Assembly: GCF_009914755.1 (NCBI RefSeq)
Contig: NC_060930.1
Length of the DNA stretch: 64,000 bases
Source of the DNA: the human T2T-CHM13v2.0 reference genome, Homo sapiens
Direction: 5' to 3' (one strand)
Shown here: positions 57,443 to 64,000 of the stretch, piece by piece
Position numbering within the stretch: position 1 is the first letter of the stretch
Layout of the letters: the number at the start of each line of letters is the position of its first letter
Notes under the pieces: model-generated
What the model saw: only the letters and a program-made list of their open reading frames with translations
The model's database searches: none
What the model was told of the DNA's origin: nothing
Translations under genes and position numbers: made by a program

Positions 57443-59463
57443 TTGATCATCATTATCAATGCAATTATTTGTGACGTACTTCCTAGCCCTCCAGAGCTTT
57501 TAAAAGAAATGGAATCTGACTTTAACTTCTAGTGTTTGAAAGTTTTAAAAAGTCCCTTGCCATCTTGCTTTTGAGAAACGTCATTAGCGCTGTATGTTTT
57601 GATAGGAGTACAGTTGTTTAATTATGGTAGTAACTGTAATTAACTTCTGTCTAGCTCTTTGTGGCTTACCATTTTCATATACATTAATTCATTTCTACTC
57701 CACAGGAAGCCTGGCATTACTGATTATGCAGCCAAGCAGCAGTGTACTATAATTTGAAACCTAGTCCCCTTGTTCCACATACCCTCCTTTCTATTCTGTG
57801 AAGCTGTTAATATTGAACAGACGGAAATGAGAAAGTGAGGCCCATTTATTATTTTCTTTTCTGATACCTGTTGTTTAAGATCACTGCTCACTTTTTTTCC
57901 ATGTTCCCTTTAGATCTTCTCTTATATATTTTGTTCCTTCATGTGTCTTGTTTCCTCTTTAATCTTTTTAAACTTTTTTTTCTCTTTTATTTGCTGTTTT
58001 ATTTTGTGCCAACATAAAACATTCTTTTGTAAGGAGTTAATAAAGATACGCTTAATTTTTTATAGAAAATTCTGAGTATACTGTTTGAGTCATACCATGC
58101 TATAAAGGTGCTTAAATTGGGAAATGAGTGAGTGAACGTATTCCCTAACTATAAGCAACTGTTAAAAAAGCCAGCCAAAAAAAAAGCAAATGAAAGATTC
58201 TATAGAGAAAATTCTTGTGTATGTGTTGTAAGAATAAGTGTTGAAAGTTTTAATGTAAAACACACTTTGTATATAGAGTTTTTACTGTCAAATGGTTAGG
58301 TCAAAAAAATCCTGCGATGTTTTTTAAGGATATGTCTTAAATCTTGTATTCTCAATCCTAGTTATGTATTTAGGCCACATGAGTTTTGCAGCTGTAACCA
58401 GAAGTATTTTAATATTCATAACTTTCAATCTTTAACAGGCCATGCCCAACACTGTCATTTTTAAAAATTAAATTTTAAGACGATGTTTGATTAGTCTTTT
58501 GACTAGAACTAAGAATCTCAAGCCCACATAATTTCTACTTCATACATTATTTTTAGGAGCATTTTCATTTTTGAAGGCGTGGTCTTTCACCATGGGGCCC
58601 CTTCCTGCCAAGTCTTAATAAATCTTTTAAGTGAAATCCAGTTAAAGTGATAGGCTTTTAACTAGCTTGGTTTTAAGAAGTGGAAAATCAGTCAAAAGCA
58701 GGAATTCTAGGAAAAGGTACTGTGAAATAGATATAATCATGTATATAATTTGTATCCTGCTTGCTCTGCCTCCCAGACTTCAGTGTCACCTCTCCCTGAA
58801 GCCTTTCCTGATTTTCCCTGGGAGAGTTGACCACTCCCTTGTGGTGTCTCTCTGTACTTAGAAACATCTGTCAGATCATCTCTGACACATCCTTCCACTT
58901 ATTTGTTCAACAGTCTGCCTTCCTCGAGACCTTAAGTCCCTTTAAGGCAGAAGTCAAAGTAGTGGCTCAAGATAGAGAAGGTTTTAAATATTAAAAAGTA
59001 ATCTTTCATACATGCTTCATTTTCTAAGCTCATCTATGGTATTATGGAACTTTTGTTTCAGTTATGCATGTACATTAATACAGTGACTTACAATATAAAA
59101 TGTACATCCTCTTTGTTTTAACTACATTTTTAAACTTATTTCACTCTTGCCATTTCTATAGAAAGGCAGTGATAACACTTATCTCAACGGGTTGAGGACT
59201 AAGAGAGTGAATTTGAAGCAAAGTGAGCTCCAGGGGCCTCCTCTCATTTAGATGTATTTATGCTGCCTACAGTACAAGATTATTCAGTTCTTGATTGGAA
59301 GTGAAATGAAGGTCAGCAAGGTCAGAGAGGCATTTTTTAAGATACATAGATGGGAAAATTCCCCAGCCTTTACTGCTTCCCATCTCTTCTGTCACACTTT
59401 ATGGTGGCTTGAGTTGAATTAGCGCGAGGAGACTTGACATGTTCATTTGTGATTGAAAGTGAG

Positions 59464-59880
59464 TGCAACATAGTTTGGATGTTTGTCTCTTCTAAATCTC
59501 ATTTTGAAATGTGATCCTCGCTGTTGGAAGTGGGGCCTGGTGGGAGGTATTTGGGTCATGGGGGCGGTTCCCTCATGAATGGCTTGGTGCTGTACTGGCC
59601 CATAGGGAATTCTCATGTGAGTTGGTTGTTTAAAAGTGTGTGTTATCTGTCCCCTTCGTGTCTTTTCTTGTTCCTACTCTCCCCGTGTGACAGGTGGGCA
59701 CCCCCTTTGCCTTCTGCCGTGACTGGAGGCTTCCTGAGGCCTTACTAGAAGCTGAGCAGATGCTGTTACCATACTTCCCGTACAGCCTGCAGAACCGTGA
59801 GCCAATTAAACCTCTTTTCTTTATAAATTACGCAGCCTCAGGTATTCCTTTATAGCAGTGCATAAAATGGCCTATATTCA
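59464..59880 (+). mobile_element. MST (MSTB-like, MaLR) solo LTR
   Basis: tagtttggatgtttgtc...cagcctgcagaaccgtgagccaattaaacctcttttctttataaattac; TSD GTGAG / GTGGG. Confidence 0.9.
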
Positions 59881-61401
59881 GTGGGACTCTGAGCTTCAAT
59901 TTTAAAAGTTAACTGTGGCTTACAAGTTCCTTATGTCTTGTACATTTTATTGTTCTCATTTTCCAGCAGCTTGAGTGCTGTCTTTTGTAAGGTCTGCTTT
60001 GCTTTCAACACTGGCTACAGAATCTTTGGGAATACAGGTTTGAGCATGAGAAATCGTTATGTTCTGTATTGTTGCTGTGGTTGCTTTACATACAGAAACA
60101 GAAGTGCTCATAGCTTTATTGCTGTAAATATCAAGGGCTTGGAGCCATTTGATAAATTTAGAATTCAGGAGAGTCTGTTGTAGCAAGACAGCTAATGACC
60201 TGAAGAGTTCTACTAAGGGTCAATACTAATGTTGAGTTATTGACATGGGACTGCTTTGACTTTTAACTGTTCTGATGTACATTTGATTTGGATTCTGAAA
60301 AGATAAATTGACACCACATAAGTCTACTCCCACTGTCATAAAAGACATATCTGCTTGCAAAAGATATAGTAATTAAAACATAAAATTAAATACTTACTGT
60401 AATTTGCCCCAGAAGGTATCTCCATTAGACTAAAAGGACATTTTGCTTATGCAGATTACTTTGTTATATGTATCCTTTGTTTAATGTAACTTAATTATTA
60501 GTTATACCATTGATAATGTCCAAATGGAAGAAAAAAATTGCCTAAGAACATTCCATTCCAATGAATGTTTTCATCTTTCCATGTTCTCTTCCATAATTCT
60601 TGTCCACACATAAATTTTACATTATTAAGATTATAGAGTAGGTACTTTTTTGTACAGCAGGAGTTTTGATATTAAACAATTCTCAGATTTCTAGGGATTT
60701 AAACTGTGTACTGTGATCTTACCTTCGCCTCCTCCCCAGTCCACCAGGTAAGGTGTTGGAATCTTCATGCTTTGTTAAACTCTGGAAATGCACCTTGGTA
60801 ACATCAGTACCTTAGTGGGCTCTCTACTTATACTCTGATTTATACTTTGAGTTCTGTCTTTTTGGACAGTCTCTTCTTATTCTTTTCTCATTTTAATATC
60901 TTTTTCTAGGTGTCATTGCTGTCATTAACAAACTCTTCATACTTGCTGAAAAAGGAAATTATTTAATGTCAGTAACAAACAATTAGAGCTTGAGTTGTAA
61001 AGATTCTGTGTTTTTTAGTTAATTCTACCATTTTGTGTAAAGTTTTCCAATCTAGACTTGTGACAAAGCTGCTTCTTCCATTTAACCCAGTTTCTGTGTT
61101 TTATATTCTTTTCTTCTTTTAAGATGAAATATTTCAAAGGAGTGTCACACTTTAGTGTGAATACCTACCTTTTTTTCTTCTAAGAAGTACCTGTATATGA
61201 GGAATGATATTGAATGGAGTAGAGACAAACTTTGACTACACTTTTGTTGTTCTTTGTAATTGAGTAGTTAAAATGCCTGTTAAGGACACTTAAAGTGGTA
61301 ACTATGGACATTTTGTAGAAAAACAGATTAAATTGGGCACTTTTGTATAATATTCTTAAATAAAATTCAAATTGATGTGATCAAATTTAAGTGAGAATTG
61401 A

Positions 61402-61732
<331 letters not shown>

Positions 61733-64000
61733 CATTTATTCATTTTTTAAAAAACTTTTTTTGCTTGAATTTTCTGCCACCCTTCTGCCCTCTGCCCTCT
61801 GCCCCCATCATCGTGTTGGATTGCTTCACTAGGAATATTTCCAGCAGGCTGACCCAGAGCTAGGGTTCAGACAAGTCTTTTCAGTGTGTACTTAATAAAA
61901 CCAAATTTGTGCAAGGTGAGACCAGTCATCAAGAGATAAAAAATAAAACCAACAAGCCTTGGCATGAGCCCTCTCTGGTGGTAGTGGAGGTGGATGGTCA
62001 CATATTAAGAAAACAGTGAATGGCCTTTAAAATTAGATGGAGTGAATGAAGTATTGAAGAAAAGTTGGGCTGTTTATAGAGCCTTTAGAAAAAAGTAAAG
62101 GGAAAAAATAAACAATAGGAGTCCAAGTTGCCAGATCATTGGTATTTCTGTAATATGAATGATACTCTAAAGCTCGTATGTGCAACCCACTTTAGAACGT
62201 GAGAACCAAACAGAGAAGATTGGTTTGTGTGTAGGAGCGTAATTTAGTTAATAGATATATTTTGTAGCTAGTTATGTTTCTATCACTCAATTAATATATG
62301 TCTTTATGTTCGGGGAGGTGGTTCTTTTCTATTTGTGAGTGACCTTTATGATTGGCTTCCTGATATGCTGACAGGCCAGGCTTTCTAGTATACATGGGTG
62401 GGATGTTTTCCCTCAGTTCTAACACCATCCAATGCAAGTAGCACCATGAGATTTAGAAAACATTTTTGTTCCTGAAGATCGATAGACAGCATTGAACATT
62501 GATTCAACTAGTGTAGCAATTACTGTACAAATAATATACAGTGCCTTGGTTTCTCTTCTCATAAGCATTTCAGTATTATGAATTCAGAAATGTGCACACA
62601 GCAGTGAATTGTATCAAAAGCTAGCTTTCTGGTTCAAATTTTTACAATGTATAATAATTTTAGTTGGTAAAATCGTTTAGTAACATTCTTTAATGGATTA
62701 GATCAAATGTAAAAACCAGCATGGAATCAGGTTTTGTAGCTGATTTATAAATAACTGCTGAAAACCTCAGGGCTTAAAATTGAATTTGGTTTTAACAGGG
62801 TTGAATTGTATCTGACACTTGTACGTAACAACTCAGAGAGATGTTTATTAAAGCGGGTTAATAAACCCACTGAGACATATTTGACCATTATTTAGAGGAG
62901 GTGAAATGTGAATTTACATTAAAAATGGAAAAGATAAAAGATCTCAGAAATATAACATTTTTGAGTATGTCTCATTCTACATATATGCCAGTCTTCCTTT
63001 CTCATCTTTTTATTAAAGTTGCATATCTATTTTAGTCACTTTACATATTTATCACCATCTCCTCGGTGGCCTCATGTCATTATCAGTTGATCTTGTCACA
63101 CTGAGCATCATCTCCCCATCTGTTCCTATTAATATTTCCTCCTTTAATTTCTTATTACATGGGATTGAAATGATATAAAAACTCACTCCCTTTTTCTTTT
63201 CTATATTGTTTTGCTTTCTTTCTTTTCTCTTTCCCTTCACTCAAGCCAAAAGGCTGATTCACAGTAGTCACAAAACAAACCAGTGCTCAGTGAGCAGCCA
63301 TTCTTTTTCCATCACAGTGCTAGGCCTCAGTGGCTAACGAGAAAGGATCAAATAAAGAAGGAATGTGTGAATGTGCAATTATGGTCTTTGTCTCATGGTC
63401 CTTTCATAAGTATAGCATGTTCATTTTCAGGACAAATTTGCTCCAAAAATTTGCCTTTTACCTTTCACATCTCAACTCCTTCAGCATGTTTCTCTGGTCC
63501 TGAGTCCTTGTCCTCTCTCCTTTTCTTTCCAAAGACTTGCTTCCTTTAAGACATCTCTTTCAGTTTTATTATTTATTCTGGTAAGTTTTAGTTTGTTTTA
63601 GATGGCAGCAGTATTGATAACTGCACATAAAATAGGTAGTAAATAGTATTTATATTTACTATATGGTTTATGGATTTAAGGAATTAATTTGAAACAGCAG
63701 TTTTGCTTGAAAGAGGATTTCTAAATGAAAGGGTATATAACAAATAAAAGTTTTGTTCTGCTACTCCATTTTTAAACAAATAATTGTTTTATTGTTGAAA
63801 TTCCCTCCTTTCATCTTTGGCCAGATATAACAAGTGACTGTTACGTTATTTCCTACTTTGTCTTTAGTGTGCAATAGTTTTCAATTAAAAAAAAAAACAG
63901 ACTATTGTTAGGTCTGCTGCTCTTTAATGAATCATTGGATTGGAAAATAACTCATTATACCATCAGGCAGAGATACTTTCCTTTATTTGCATGTAGATAG

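Overview
Human (primate) genomic DNA, AT-rich, repeat-dense and almost entirely intronic. It lies inside CDKAL1 (tRNA-Lys(UUU) ms2t6A37 methylthiotransferase), + strand. Only two coding exons are present: 27436-27532 (97 bp, [32 protein letters not shown]) and 46490-46538 (49 bp, VQQIDRVVEVVEETIK). Neither appears in the supplied ORF track, whose ORFs are essentially all Alu, L1, LTR or low-complexity artefacts. The introns contain an antisense processed RPL36A pseudogene split by a sense-oriented ERV1 solo LTR, a cluster of further LTRs, about 28 Alu/FLAM copies (one matching the AluYa5 consensus), L1 and L2 fragments, MIRs and DNA-transposon remnants. I cannot demonstrate a new biological system from sequence alone. 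The best unexplained signals are a 35-bp-stem hairpin at 29106-29183, a candidate recursive splice site at 3898-3925, a frame-preserving cryptic exon at 13255-13320 downstream of a sense LTR promoter, and inverted Alus bracketing the two exons. Repeat subfamily names are by-eye recognition, and boundaries of old repeats are approximate.
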